NCBI RefSeq assembly: GCF_037042905.1
Contig: NC_087248.1
Location: 1,054,001 to 1,118,000, forward strand
Origin: Lytechinus pictus
Lineage: Eukaryota
Length of the DNA stretch: 64,000 nucleotides
Reading direction: 5' to 3'
Part shown: one piece after another, positions 48,155 to 61,984 of the stretch
Layout: each line of letters starts with the position of its first letter
Numbering within the stretch: position 1 is the stretch's first letter
Notes under the pieces: model-generated
Databases searched by the model: none
Told to the model about the DNA's origin: nothing
What the model saw: only the letters and a program-made list of their open reading frames with translations
Made by a program: the position numbers and the translations under genes

Positions 48155-49388
48155 ATTGGCCTATAAAGTCTGTTGCACATGATAACCAAACTTCAAATTA
48201 ATGTTTGATCATTCAATTCTTAATATAATTTTCTTAATGGCAAATATGGATGAAGAAAAAAAGGAAACTTTCAAAGTCTTTTTAACTGGATTAAAAACAT
48301 TTCCCACTCGTAGCTCTTTGGTAAATATATAAATCTTTAATTCTCTTTGATGTAGCTTCTCAAACCTTGTCAATAGAGTGTGCTCTTACACTCAATAGAC
48401 CTTTAGAAATCAATCCTGCATTGATATTTCTTTGAACAGTGAGTGCTAGTAGAACCACCCACACAATGACCTATTGAACCAAGCTATCTCCATGCAACCC
48501 CAAACAATTGAACGCTCCCTTGTAATTCTATAGCTCTGTGAGAACGTTAATCACTCCATGGTTGTAGAGTGTATGTACCAAGCCTGTGGCTGATATGGAT
48601 TGAATGTATTCTCTTGGCTATTTGGGGGTGATCTGAAAGAGAAAAATGGTGGATAAAAAATCTTATGATCAGTTGGATAAGATTGAAGAATTAGTGAAGC
48701 TTGTCATTAATCATGTGGACCCAGACGTACCTCATCGACCTGCGCAGGTATATATGATTGTAAAGCTGTATGTTTGTTGTATCCTCGGTATGTGTACACA
48801 GTACACTCATTGAACGTATTTGAGGTTGTGTGTGAACATTCCATTTACTGTCATGTATTGTAGGAATGTTCATGCTCATGTATATGTACAGTAATTGCCA
48901 TTAAACAATGTACAATGCTTGAGAATTCAGCAACATAAAGACTTTCAAACAATACAAGCTAAATGCTAGTATTATTCATACATATGACTGGAGTTTATTT
49001 AGCCTACATTCTTCTTCCCTTAAAAATCATTTGCTTCAGCAGCGCAGAATAATTGATATCAATTATAATATTTGATGAAATACGTATGTATTATGTATCT
49101 ATAACTCAAATTTGATGACAACATACCGTATATGTACTGTACATCTACATGTATATAATTTATATTTGACCTTCCTCTCTTTTTCCCATTGTCATTGCTT
49201 TATGATCATATTTTCTTTAACACTTTCTCTTATTTTTACCTTTTTAAAATTCATCCTCATACTGAAACGGTTTGATCCCCTCTTTTTCTCCAGATCTATG
49301 TTTTATTCCTTATTTGATTCATATACATGTATGTCAGGATATTTTTATGATTGTAAAATTGACTAAATTGTTTTTACTAAGAAAAGTA

Positions 49389-49841
49389 CCCCGGGGGGGG
49401 GGGGGGGGGCCAGTCAAATATATTTCGGTACACACGCGTGACCAAGAAATTTTCAAACACCCCCTAAATGAGTTTTTCTCTGTGTGCAAAATAACCCCCT
49501 AAACAAGTTTTTTGCGGGCTTTATTTACACATTTTGGCCCCTAAACAAGATGTCGCCACAATATGACCTCGGAGAAAAAGCTTGGGAAAAAAACATACCC
49601 TAAACACGTTTGGCTAGTCTTAAAAAAAAGCTTTGGGGAAAAAAACATACCCTAAATACGTTTGACCCCGCGATTGACCATTGACCAGTCTTTCAAAACC
49701 ATCCTTTTTCTTGAAAATCTGTGTTTTTGATACCCTTAACGAGTCCACGCGCGGGCCGCGTACAAAACTGAAAAAACACCCCTTTAAACACGTTTTTGGG
49801 GTCACGCATGTGTACAGAAATATATTTGACTGGCCCCCCCG
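49389..49841. mobile_element. MITE related to 47503-48154
   Basis: G-run-CCAGTCAAATATATTTCGGTACACACGCGTGACC pairs with GGTCACGCATGTGTACAGAAATATATTTGACTGGCCCCCC. Confidence 0.8.
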
Positions 49842-49936
49842 TAATGAATAGGAAATCGATACTGAATTTAATTCTCTCCTCTATCTTTATCTCCCTCCTC
49901 CACCCCCCCCTGTCTCCTCTACAGGATCGTGTTAAG

Positions 49937-51920
49937 ATGAATCAGCTTCAGAATCTCCTCCATGATGCTTTGATAGCTACAGGTCATGTAGAGAACTGTG
50001 CTATCATTAGAAGAAAAGATATCTCTCTCAGAGCAAGCTCAGCTGGATTCACAGTATGTCCTACTTTCTTTCCTTTGATCTTTTTAATTTTAATAATTCT
50101 TTATGGGTATATTGATTATCAAATATAATCATGATACATTGATAATTATATTAAATAAAATTAATGAAAGAAAAAGGTGTCCCAAAATAGCCTCAAAGGC
50201 TTGATAAAGGGGAAACCACAAATAAAGCAAACAAAAATGATTCACAAATAGAGCAGAGAACCATAATGTATTGCCAAGAAAAGCTATGGATTTAAAGTAA
50301 TTTTTTATTATAAAAAAAAGGTGATTTTCGGATTTTATAAATAAGCTTCTTTTTCACCATTCTGTGTTTTGTCTTTAAGTGCTTTACTAACCACCTTATA
50401 TCATATTCCTATAGCTCACAGGAGATGAGATGCAGAAGATGATAGATGCATTCAAAGACCCTCCCAGAACAAGATTAGAAGGTCTATACTTCCATAATAG
50501 ACTATACAAGTGTGTCAGGGCAGACAAGAACTCCATCTATGCTAAATGTGTAAGTTTAGACAATCAAAACAGAAAACTGTTTTATAGAGATATCCAGTAC
50601 ATAAATAAGTAATGTAGAAATATACTCTGTATTTGAATAGGTAGTTAGACAAATATACTTTTAAAAGGGTTAGTTATTATTAATAGGTCATCCCTTTTTA
50701 CATGTGTAGGTAAGGACTTGTTGTCAACACTTTCACTTCTTTTTAATCACCCCACCCCTTATTAACTTATTTTTGTCTCGCCTGCAAAGCAAAGCGAGAC
50801 TATAGGCGCCGCTTTTCCGACAACATTGAAATTTTAACCATGGATAAGTTTTTGAAATGTCATCATAACTTAGAAAGTATATAGACCTAGTTCATGAAAC
50901 TTGGACATAAGGGGAATCAAGTATTACTGAACATCCTGCCCGAGTTTCAGGTCACATGACCAAGATCAAAGGTCATTAACAGTTCATCTTATCATAAAGA
51001 CTACTACTGTTAGACCAAGTGGATACTAGATGAAGTGGGTATTAAAGCATTGATGGAAATTAAGACAAAATTAAAAATGTTCTTAAATAGCAGTTAGACC
51101 AAACGGTTAGTAGATGACTTGTATACACACCAGGATTAGACTATGTGGCAGTTTATCGTGTTATTTAATTTAATTTTTTTTTTACAGGATAAAGATGGTA
51201 TCGTGCTAGTGAAGACTGCTACTCTAGTTATCATGGGAACATACTCGGACAATATGTTTCCAAGCGTGTGCGTGGAAGCCATTGAAAAACTAGGTGAGTT
51301 CACACTGCTTCACTTATACATCAGTTAATTATGATTATCTTTAATCACCATGTATTAAGTTGTATCAACTGTTCTGATTTTGATAAACTTTTGTTTCCTA
51401 GAACATTGATTGCTAGATAAAGTCATGTAATTTCTAGTTAGAGTTTGTTTGAAGAAAAAAAATGCATTTGGAAAATATAGTATAATAGTGGAATATTAGT
51501 CTGAACATTTACCTTATTGGCTTATTGATTACATGAAGTGTGAATTTTTGGGACAATACTTACGATAGCATCTTGATCTATCACAAACATTCAGTAATAT
51601 TGTGATATATTTTATTCAGCACCTTATTGAGGTACATGCAGTTGGAAAGTATTATAGAACTATTATTTATATTAATTTTGGGGGAAAGTGAGAGTAAGAG
51701 TTCTTGAAATAACTTTTAACATACTGTTTTTGGACCTGAAAAGAACCTCTCAAACTCTACATTTATTCATAATGTGAGGTGAGTGGGAATGTTCATCATG
51801 GCTGTAGCATATATTGAGTGTTGTACATTAATTTAGAATTCCTGTTTCATTGATATCTTTTTTCTTTTCCTTATTTTCCCCCATACCACAGCATCATACT
51901 TCATAGAGAAGAGCAAATGA
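49937..51920 (+). CDS. PFN4: Profilin-4, 128 aa, 4 coding exons
   Basis: Exons 49937-50053, 50415-50549, 51188-51293, 51892-51920 (387 nt): MNQLQNLLHDALIATGHVENCAIIRRKDISLRASSAGFTLTGDEMQKMIDAFKDPPRTRLEGLYFHNRLYKCVRADKNSIYAKCDKDGIVLVKTATLVIMGTYSDNMFPSVCVEAIEKLASYFIEKSK. Matches recalled PFN4 signatures (EGLYF..Y.CVRAD..S.YAK; M.PS.CVEA.E.L) and lacks the N-terminal W..Y of canonical profilins. Confidence 0.93.
50770..50980 (+). mobile_element. Truncated HINE-like element in a PFN4 intron
   Basis: TTTTTGTCTCGC...GCGAGAC 5' IR followed by GAAACTTGG...GGTCACATGACC.AGATCAAAGGTCA. Confidence 0.5.
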
Positions 51921-54059
51921 AAGACTGCTGGTTCTGAAGATTCAATGTCTCATTCCAGACAACAGAGGGAGCACTCACTCTATCAATGAAGATAGCAATG
52001 CCTACCATCCAACATATCTTTATAGCATTCACAGGGTGCTCTCTCTATGATGCACTTTTTACGAGGATATAAGCTTTCTTAAAAATGAAAGTCAAAACAG
52101 GTGAAAAAAAGGGCAAGTGAGAATGAGAAAAGTTTGTCCTTTTCCAAAAAGGTAAAACTCTTTCTTTGCATGTATGGGTTGGCTGGGCCCAAGATATTCT
52201 AATTCCGTCCAAGATTTTTTATCACTATCCCATGCGAGAGAAATTTGAGAATAACATGTACAGATAAGTCTGCCTAAATCTCTTTTGACCACATACATGT
52301 AGATTAGTTATATGCAGGTAATTTCATACTTTGCATGTTTCTGGTCTGTTGTAGAGAGAGAGTTGTGTCTGAACACAAATCATAAATCTTTGTTTCCTGG
52401 TTCAAAACTATTGCTTTTGATGTTTAGGAGTTGTGTGTGTTTGATTACAACTCTTTCTGCAACGAACCGAGGGGGGATGTTTCACAAAAAGATTTAAGTA
52501 TCACTAATGGAGCGTTGCAAGAAGCTTGCAATGAATTGCATGTCTGTTTTCTGTCCCTCAATAATCAATCATAAGCTTTGAAATTAAATGCGATTTTGAG
52601 ATTGATTGCTTATCTGCTTCTTGAAACAAGCAGTTTATTAAATTGGTCTATCAATTGTATAATTGGAACAGCATATTCGTAATTGATTGCAAATATTTTA
52701 TCGCAACACCCTCTTAGAGTCATGATTAAATGCCTAGTTTCGTGCACTATAAAATGCATGACTGCAGTGGTCAGATCATGCCAAGAGGACGCACAGTACT
52801 GCGTATTAATCTGTAAGAGTGCGCGTTGCTTATATCGTATACTCGTCGGCATTTAAGTACGGCTCTAGGTCATACTTGAATCTTCGTGAACCACCCCACC
52901 CCCTGGCCTGGAAAAGTTCTTCCAATTAGCTGATTACTTGATGTATACATGTAGGTCGACTTAGAGAAACTTACATGTAACTGTACATGAAATGTACTTG
53001 ATGTGTTTATGTGTTTAAGAAAAACAGCAGCTGAATTGATCTAGTCATCTCCTATTTGTTCCAAAGATTTCTCACCTTGGCGGTCATTTTAATTAGGTTT
53101 TTAGAGGAATTTGATGTTATACAATGAGATTACATGCTTATGCATGGTTTTCAAATATTTAATTTCATTTTTCTTGAAAGTTTGATATGAGAAGTTCTGC
53201 AAAAAATAACTTTGAGCCTTAAAAGCTTTTAGGGAAGTTATATTGATTGTCATGCTTGTGTATTGAAATACTTGCATGTGAATTCTGTTTTCTGTTGTGA
53301 AGTTAACACTCAGATGATATGACGAAAATTGATGTTAATCAAGCATTGGAGAGAGAACAGGCCTCAAATTATGAATACAGTTTTCAAATTTGAATGTTTT
53401 TTTTTAGAGGGGTTTTGGAATGGCTTTGTACTGATTGTAGGTTTCAATTGTGTACCTCTTGCTTCAAAATTATATTAAAATGTTTTTTTTTTATTCAAAA
53501 TTGAAACTGTCAAACATTCCATATCAAGAATCATAGTTCTATACTCTATATTTTGGAGCTATTTTATTTCAGCTTCACAACAATGCAGGAGAATAACGTT
53601 TTCTTGGATTTCTTGTGTCTTGTTAGTTACATGTGTAGAGGTTAACATCAAGTATCATCAGACTTATATGAGCCCCAAACAATGTACTAGAAAACTCCAT
53701 AGAGACTGCTTCATGGAGAAATACAGTTCTAGGCTTTACCTTTCTAGTGTAAGAAGTGTAGGAAGTTCATCATTTTAAATGTTCTTTTGAAATTTAAAGT
53801 GCAATATTAATGTAATATGTATTGCAAAATGTCTGTGTATTCTACATGATGTAAAATTGGATACAATTTAAATTGTTTTTCTTGTAGTTTATCCTCCCTT
53901 GGTTTGTCTCTCTCTATCTCTCCCTCTTTCTCTTCCCCCTCTTCTTCTTTCCCCTCTTTTTTTTCCTTTCTCTACCAAGAACTTCAGTAGCTTATAACAA
54001 CAGTCGGTAAAAATCACTGATAAAAATTGGTTTCATGAAATGCTCCTACAATGAGATGT

Positions 54060-54355
54060 CAGGGCCCCGTCTTACAAAGAGTTACGATTGATGCGATCAA
54101 TCGCCGATTGATGCGATCAGTCGCAAGTATGGACGGCCAGCAACGTCAACATGTATTATTCATGTTTCTTCAAAATATTTTCTAACTATGATCTATATTC
54201 ATGCATTCATTGTTTTCTTGAAAATTCACTGTGCTTCTCTTTGTTTACCAAGGACATTTTGCAAATTTCCTATAGAAAAAATTATGACACTGAAGGATTT
54301 CCATAGAGTTACGACTGATTAGATAAATCGTAACTCTTTGTAAGACAGGGCCCTG
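54060..54355. mobile_element. MITE with ~27-bp TIRs
   Basis: CAGGGCCCCGTCTTACAAAGAGTTACG pairs with CGTAACTCTTTGTAAGACAGGGCCCTG. Confidence 0.85.
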
Positions 54356-56643
54356 ATCAGACTTGTGAAGTCAATTAAGCATATTAGGTTATAAATAGTT
54401 TTTTATTTTTGCTGGCAATTATTATAATATACTGAAATCATTTCATCTGATTGGCTAAAGAGCAATTTGTCAGTGACAATCACTGACAAGTTGCTTCAGT
54501 GACACAACATTTCCTCCTGCGACATTTGTTCTAGTCTTAACATCTCAGAGAGCATAGGTTTAGAGTTAGGATTGTAATAGACTCTTTGGTTCAGAATAAT
54601 GTAAAGATAAGGATTAGGGTTTATTTAGTTTTGGAGGTAAGATTTTATGTTTGGCTGAATGTGCAGATTTTCTATCGGAGCAATTGTCGCCGGAGCAAAT
54701 GTCATGGAACCGTTGCTTCATGACTTACTACCCTGGTGGAGTATTGAATTACCATCAGAGGAATCCTGAGAAAATTTCTTTTGTTGTATGGTCTCAAATG
54801 TCTTACCAGTACCCATACCAATTTTGTGGGTCGACATTGGGCTTCTTATTCAATAAAATCACTGGGAGGGGGGGTACTATACTGTAATATCATATTATAG
54901 CATAGAAACTTATGTCTTTATTGAATGTGATCTTGAACATACCTAATGCTACATGTATGGTGACAGCAGCAAAACTGACTTTAAAATGATCGATTATATA
55001 CAATTCATAATAGCTTTGATCAATCTGGAGTTAGTTTTGTTGGTGTTATAGTAGCATTATGCCAAAACATGTTAAACTTTGAGTGACCTATTATGGAGAT
55101 TCTGTCATCAACAAGTTCAACAACATTTTAATGATTTTCAGGGTTTTTTATTTACTGGTAGAGTGTGTAATGTTATTGGAAAATGACATTAGATGACTTT
55201 CCATACCTGAAGTTTGAAGGAAGGAGTATGTTTATAGTTGTTACCTTGTCTTTCTACTGATTTATTTTTCAAAATTATTTTCAAGAAGATCTTGATGTAT
55301 ATATTTTTCTCATGAGGTATTATTCTGTAATGTTGATGGATTATTTTATAAAGAAAATTGTAAAAGATAAAATCTGAAAGAAATTACCTTTTTTATTGTT
55401 TAAACTTGTAGTGCTTATCTTCACTGTGTTGTGATAAACAATCAAGGGCGGAAATCTCTCCCCAAAGGTAGGGGGTCCAGGGGCTAGAAATTTTGACAAG
55501 CAAAAAAAAAAAGTTATCACCCGAAAAGTAAGGTCAACTCGTCCAAAATACATGATTTATTTCGATTTTGAATGATTTATTTCTTTCCATTATAAAAGAC
55601 CACAAATAGTAGGGGGGACATTTTCATTGTGTCCCCCTACTATTTTGGGTAGGGGGGACGCATCCCCCTGGGATTTCCGCCCATGTAACAATATTCCCCA
55701 AGTGTTAGGAGCTATCTCTGCCTTTTCAGTTAAATTGAGATAAACTTATGAATTTGCTGGAAGTTGGAGAGAGAAAGAAATAGGGTGTAGAGGGAGAGAG
55801 GGGGGGGGGTGAGATAAGGGGATAGTAGACTTTTGGGCAGATGTTACAAAACGTGTAATCAATTTCAAATAATTTTTTGTCACAAAATCAATTACAAGTC
55901 TTCTAATTACATTAGCTGCAATTGAGTGTGGATAAGTATCTTCCCACAGAGAAATACATAAAATATTTCTACCAAGAGTGTTTATATCGGAAATCAAACT
56001 ACAACGATGGAGTAATCGTCACAATCGCTCAAGGGGGTGGGGGAAGAGCACCTACAGTATATGAAAAAAATATTCATTTAGTTTTGATGAACAGAAGTTT
56101 GGATTGAAAGTGCTTCTACAAGTGGTGGTGACTGGTTTCTGGTTTGCTTTTTATTGTCAGAAATGTTTTGCCCCTTCTAACAAGATTCGCCAGGAATTAA
56201 TTGTAATGATTTTTTTTCCTCTGAAGACTTTATTTCCAATAGACATAAAATATGCCATCTTTAGAATCTTAGGCGTATTTCTATGATTGCTACTTTCTCA
56301 CATCCTAATTCTCACCAATCTACGTTTTTCCTGTCATTTTGCTGTAAAAAAAAAAATGTTTGGGGTTTTATCCCCCCAATAGGAAACTAATACCATAACT
56401 TTAACCACTAACACCATCACCAAATTAATGCAGTACAATCAGCTCGCACACTTCGTGGCGCCTTTTCGGAACAATCGATGCATGGTTTCATCAATTGCTA
56501 CAAGAATCATTCATCATCAGCTCGCCAAGCCTGATCATCATCACTTTCATCATTCTCATCTTCACCACTGATCAACGAGGAGCATTCATTTGAAGCTCGC
56601 CTGTGTGTGATTGATCCTCTTGTATTACATTATAACGCCAAAC

Positions 56644-59600
56644 ATGATGATGAGGCTCACAATTGGAATGTTATATTTGTCTTTGATTATATTACATGGT
56701 GGTTGTGGTAAGTAAAAAGTTGGCTTCAATATCTACGATATCTTTCATAATGATTTTTAGAGAGAAAGATACAGGGGCAGCGGAGCCACAGTGGAATCGG
56801 GGGAGTGCCCCCCCCCCTCACCACTTTTCTTCAGAAACAACGAACAAATATGTGAAAGTGACCATCAAATTATGGGTTTGTGCATGTTAATCAGCCCCCC
56901 CCCCCCTCCGAGATGAGGAGAAAGATGTGATAGAGAAAAATAGGAGGGGGTAGAGAGAGAAAGAGGAAAAAGATTTGGCCGCGTTCAATATGAACTTTCT
57001 TCAAAATGACGGAATTAAATGGCAAGGTATTAGCTTTGAGGATTGGCTAGAAACAAGAAAAATAATAGACGAGAAAGGGGAATATCTTATTTCTTCTTCT
57101 CTCTCTATGATTATTAGTTTTTATTTTATTTATATTTATTTCAAGTAAATAAATAAGTGTTTGGTACCGCAATCGTAAAAAGCTTCAATATGTCCGTTTT
57201 TAGGCTATTTTATATTTATTTATTTCCCATTCGTGGGACGTAACACGCTACCAGCAAAAAACCTGTTTTCTTCTTTAGTTTCCAATAATAAACCATGTGA
57301 GTAAAAAATTGACACCTCACAATCCCTAATTTAAGAAAGAAAATGTCATGAATGTCTAATCATTATATTTGGTCGGAAAGTGTATCATCTCCCAAATAAT
57401 TTGATACCATTATTTATGTGGAATGTGTTAACGCTTGGATGATCAGTAGTTATTCTTTGCAGTGATGTAAATTTTGATTTGAGCCAAAGTAAGGCCTGAC
57501 AATGATGACTGCAATATGAATTGAATAAAGATGTCATGATCCTACATGAGTTATTTAACATACAGTATTTGTAATTTTCAATGAAATAAACTTAAGAATT
57601 GATATTAAAATGTGTTTATTAAACAATTATATTGTACATTCTTTTTTAGTTTTTTTATTCTATTATAATGTACATTGCTGAAGAGGTTATTTGAAATTGA
57701 TTTTGATGCAACCCTTGTAAGATTATGACATCATTGAGTTTTTGACATCTGATTAATTCATTGCAGTCATACCTTAATTTGGCGCAAATCAAAATTTACA
57801 TCTCTGTAAAGAATATCTCCAGGGGCCCGTTTCATAAAGCTGTTCGTAAAGCCCCTTTCACAATTGACGTACGACCTGTTTACGACCACCTGCAACAGTT
57901 TTTTCTTGTTGTTGCGCGATCGATCCCTTGGTGTCTTGCGAGCACTCGCAGTCGTTGTAGACGATCGCACAAACTCGAGGTGGTCGGAGGTGATCGTGAG
58001 TGGTCGCATCTGAACTTTGAACATGTTCAAAATCCAAACGCGATCAAATACGATTGATTCACTCGCAACAAGTCGTACCATCGGTCGGGCGACCATCGTG
58101 TTAGTGTTGTTCAACGTTGTACGACTTGGTGCGAGAGGTGGCACAACTAAGTATAGTCGCATTTAGTCGACTGGAGGTCGTACAACACTTGCACATGTGC
58201 TGGAGACCTACAGAGACCAGTCTTGCGACTGGGTGCGATAATATAAGACTGTTGCAAGATCGATCGAAATTATGGCTTACAACATTCCACTACCGTTGCA
58301 TTCGCTTGTATGCGACTGTTCAGCCCCTTTCACAATTGACGTCCGACCAGTTTACGACCGCCTGCAACAGTTTTTTCTTGTTGTTGCACGATCGATCTCT
58401 TGGTGTCTTGCGAGCACTCGCAGTCGTTGTAGACGGTCGCACGAACTCGAGGTGGTCGTGACTGGTCACATCTGAACTTTGAACATGTTCAAAATCCGAA
58501 CGCGATCAAATACGATCGATTCACTCGCATCAGGCCGTACCCGGGGTCGTACCATCGCTCGGGCGATCATCGTGCGAGTGTTGTTCAACGTTGTACGACT
58601 TGGTGCGAGAGGTGGCACAACTAAGTAGTATCATTTACTTGACTGGAGGTCGTACAACACTTGCACATGTGCAAGCGACCTACATGTACATAGACCTGTC
58701 TTGCGACTGGTTGCGATAATAATATGGGCCATAAGACTGTTGCAAGACCGATCGCAACGGCTTACAACATTGCACTACCGTTTCATTCGCATGTATGCGA
58801 CCGTTCCACTCGCAATCCCTCGTGCAACACTCGCATGTGATCGCACGAGCACAATAAGAGCATATGCGACTTACTCGTGCAACGGGGTTTACTGGTTGTT
58901 TTTGTTGTACGACGGCTGTTGCAACTGTGAAAGCCTCTGTGCGATCTTATGAGATGACTAGCGATTGATGCCTGTTGCAGCCTATCGCACGACCAAAAGG
59001 TCGCAAATTGTCGTACGTCAATTGTGAAAGGGGCTTTAGTTAAGAGCGACTTTAAGAACGACTGGTGATCCTTTCACGCGCTAAACCATCCCCAATGAAT
59101 CTCCAATTTGCCACAAGAAATGATAACCAGTCGTTCTTAAAGTCACTCTTAACTTACGAACAGCTTTATGAAACACCCACCAGGTCATGCAGGCGTTAAC
59201 ACATACCATACAAATATTAAATTATTTGGGAGAACATACATGTGTTCATGACATTTTTTTCCCGTTAAATTTGGGATTTGTGAGATGTCAAGTTTTTTTT
59301 TTACTCACATCAATATGATCAATCAACAAAATTAACCGAATATTCCAATTTCAGATATATATTGCGCGTACTTTACAATATTGTCAACATTTTGTGCAAT
59401 TTCATTCTCAATTATTCTTAAATGCAAGTTCAATTCAGGGGCCGTGGAACGGTTTTGAAAGAGGGGAGGTTGAGTCGAAAGTGACGGGCTGACCATGCAA
59501 AAAATCACAATCAGGGTTCCGTAACACAAAGGTTAAAGCGATTAATTGTATTCGCTTGATTTTTACGATTAATTGTACATTGTAGTCAATGGAATCAATT

Positions 59601-61950
59601 GTAGAAAAATGTTCGACGATCATTGCTAACCTTTGTGTTCCGGGCCCCAGATGGTAATTTTTACGTTTTTGTACACATTTTTGGGAAAAAGTGGGGGGGC
59701 TGAAGCCCCCTCCCAGCCCCTCCCCCGGTTCTGCGCCCCCTGCAATTTACAAGCAGGCCGTTTTGAAAAGGATGCAAATCTCATAAAAAGGGTGAAAATT
59801 GCAAAAATTCAGATTTTGTATGTTAAATTGGTGGGTTGATTTCGGTATTGTTTGTCTCGGTTATTATTTTTTGGCCCTATTTTATTTGTGTTTTTAATCG
59901 TACGATAATGTAATAATTAAGGGAGTCGGCTTTGACAGGTCAATGGCCTGTCCGACTTCCTACATCCGATAAATTTTCTTTTCATTTCTTTTACATACTA
60001 TTGTTTATTACTTATTTTGTTATTTGAATTCTTTTACTAATTTTGTTGTTGTATAATTATCCTTGTACATGTGTTTGTATATTTTTAAGGGATGTCAAAT
60101 AATTTAATTGAATTGCAATTTAATTTCACCAAATATTTGATTTGTTTCCGATCTGTTATTGAATAATAACAACATTAATAATCTGGTGGGTGTATCCATG
60201 GACCTATTACAAAGCTGTCCGTGAGTTAAGAGCGACTTTAAGAACGACTGGTGAACCTTTTTTACGCTCTAAATAATCACCAATGAACATTGATGGTGAA
60301 TATCATTTACCATATGAAAGGATCACCATTCTTTCTTAAAGTCACCCTGAATTTACGAACAGCTAATGAAACGCCCCCTGGTTTTTTGTAAGAAGCTTAA
60401 GGCATGTAGTTCATTTTTAAATAGTTTAAATCGATCGCTCGATGTAATTTAAAGTTTTTGTTCTCCCTGATTTATATGTTTTAGATGCAAGGAGGAATAA
60501 TAGAACTAACAGGGGTGACCAAGGGCGCCTTATACGTCATCTACTGGACACTGGATATGACGTCAGAGAAATGCCCTTTGTTGAAGATGGTGGACCTGTT
60601 CTCTTCAACTTGTCTCTATTACTTGTCGCTATATCAGATCTTGTAAATAATATTACACATTTTATTTTCAAACAATTCCATATTGACTGATAGCCAAGTG
60701 AATGAGGGAGGTGCTACCAAAATATTATATAATTTTGTGAATATGATGCCAAAATTTGCTTTTTGTATTTATCAAGGTCAAATTTTTTGCCCACTTCCAT
60801 TATTTTATTTCTTAATTTTTAACAGATATTGATGCATCCACCACACCTGGTGTCTCAAATCTTCTTGTCTAATTACCCTCACTGAGCCGGGTCGGATACT
60901 GTCTTGTAATATAATTTAAGGAGGCGTATATTGTTTGTACATATAGTAGGGAACTTTAAAATACTATTTTTACTGTTTCAATCCGGCTTTACCCACGAAT
61001 GTGGAAGGGGTTCACGTGGGTCTTAAAACAGCGTGCAACAATTTGATTGTCGAGCGGGCCCATGATTAAATTATTACTCAATATCAAAAGAAACTTTTGC
61101 ATTCAAATTAACAAAACGTAGTGCAATTCGTTTTTCCGGCCGCGAAAACTATAAGAGCACACACCCCCTACTGGAGAATAATATTCTTTATCGCATATTG
61201 AATAAATTCACATGGACTGTATGGGATGTTTAAATTGATAAGGTTGATATTTTTATTTTTAACAATTATCGTGCTTCAGAATGGAAGGTTATGATGAGAG
61301 ATGAACAATTGCATTTATTGTCTTTTGTTTTACCTAACACAATGTCAAAGATAAGGGATATTCTTATCAGCTAAAAGATACTCAAGCTTTCGAATTATGA
61401 ATAAAAAAGAAAGGAATAAAATAATGATCCAAAATGTTGAAAAAAAATTAGTGCTGTCCTAGCTTCATAATTATGCATTTTTTTATCGTGATAAAGGATA
61501 AATATATATATATTTCTATTCTTATAGGATGCTAAAACCCAGATACTTCATGGAACATCATGGCTCGTGGTGGTAAGTCATATTGTCATATTCATTTTGA
61601 TTTTTTATTGATTTATTTTAATTTTGTTTGATTTGTAACTTGCTTCGTAATAACTGCTTAGATAATAAATTAACTTATAAAATTTACCAATCACAATCAT
61701 CCATGAACTTGATAAAGATGATGATTACTCATATGGTGACGGTGATGCTGANNNNNNNNNNNNNNNNNNNNNNNNNNNNNNNNNNNNNNNNNNNNNNNNN
61801 NNNNNNNNNNNNNNNNNNNNNNNNNNNNNNNNNNNNNNNNNNNNNNNNNNNNNNNNNNNNNNNNNNNNNNNNNNNNNNNNNNNNNNNNNNNNTATGTGAT
61901 GATGATGATGGCGTTGGTGGTGATGATGGTGGTGGTAGTAGTGATGATGG

Positions 61951-61984
<34 letters not shown>

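Noticed and set aside
57761-58952. Cluster of 67-131 aa ORFs
   Set aside because: All lie in a GC-rich non-autonomous transposon; no transposase or other domain motifs.
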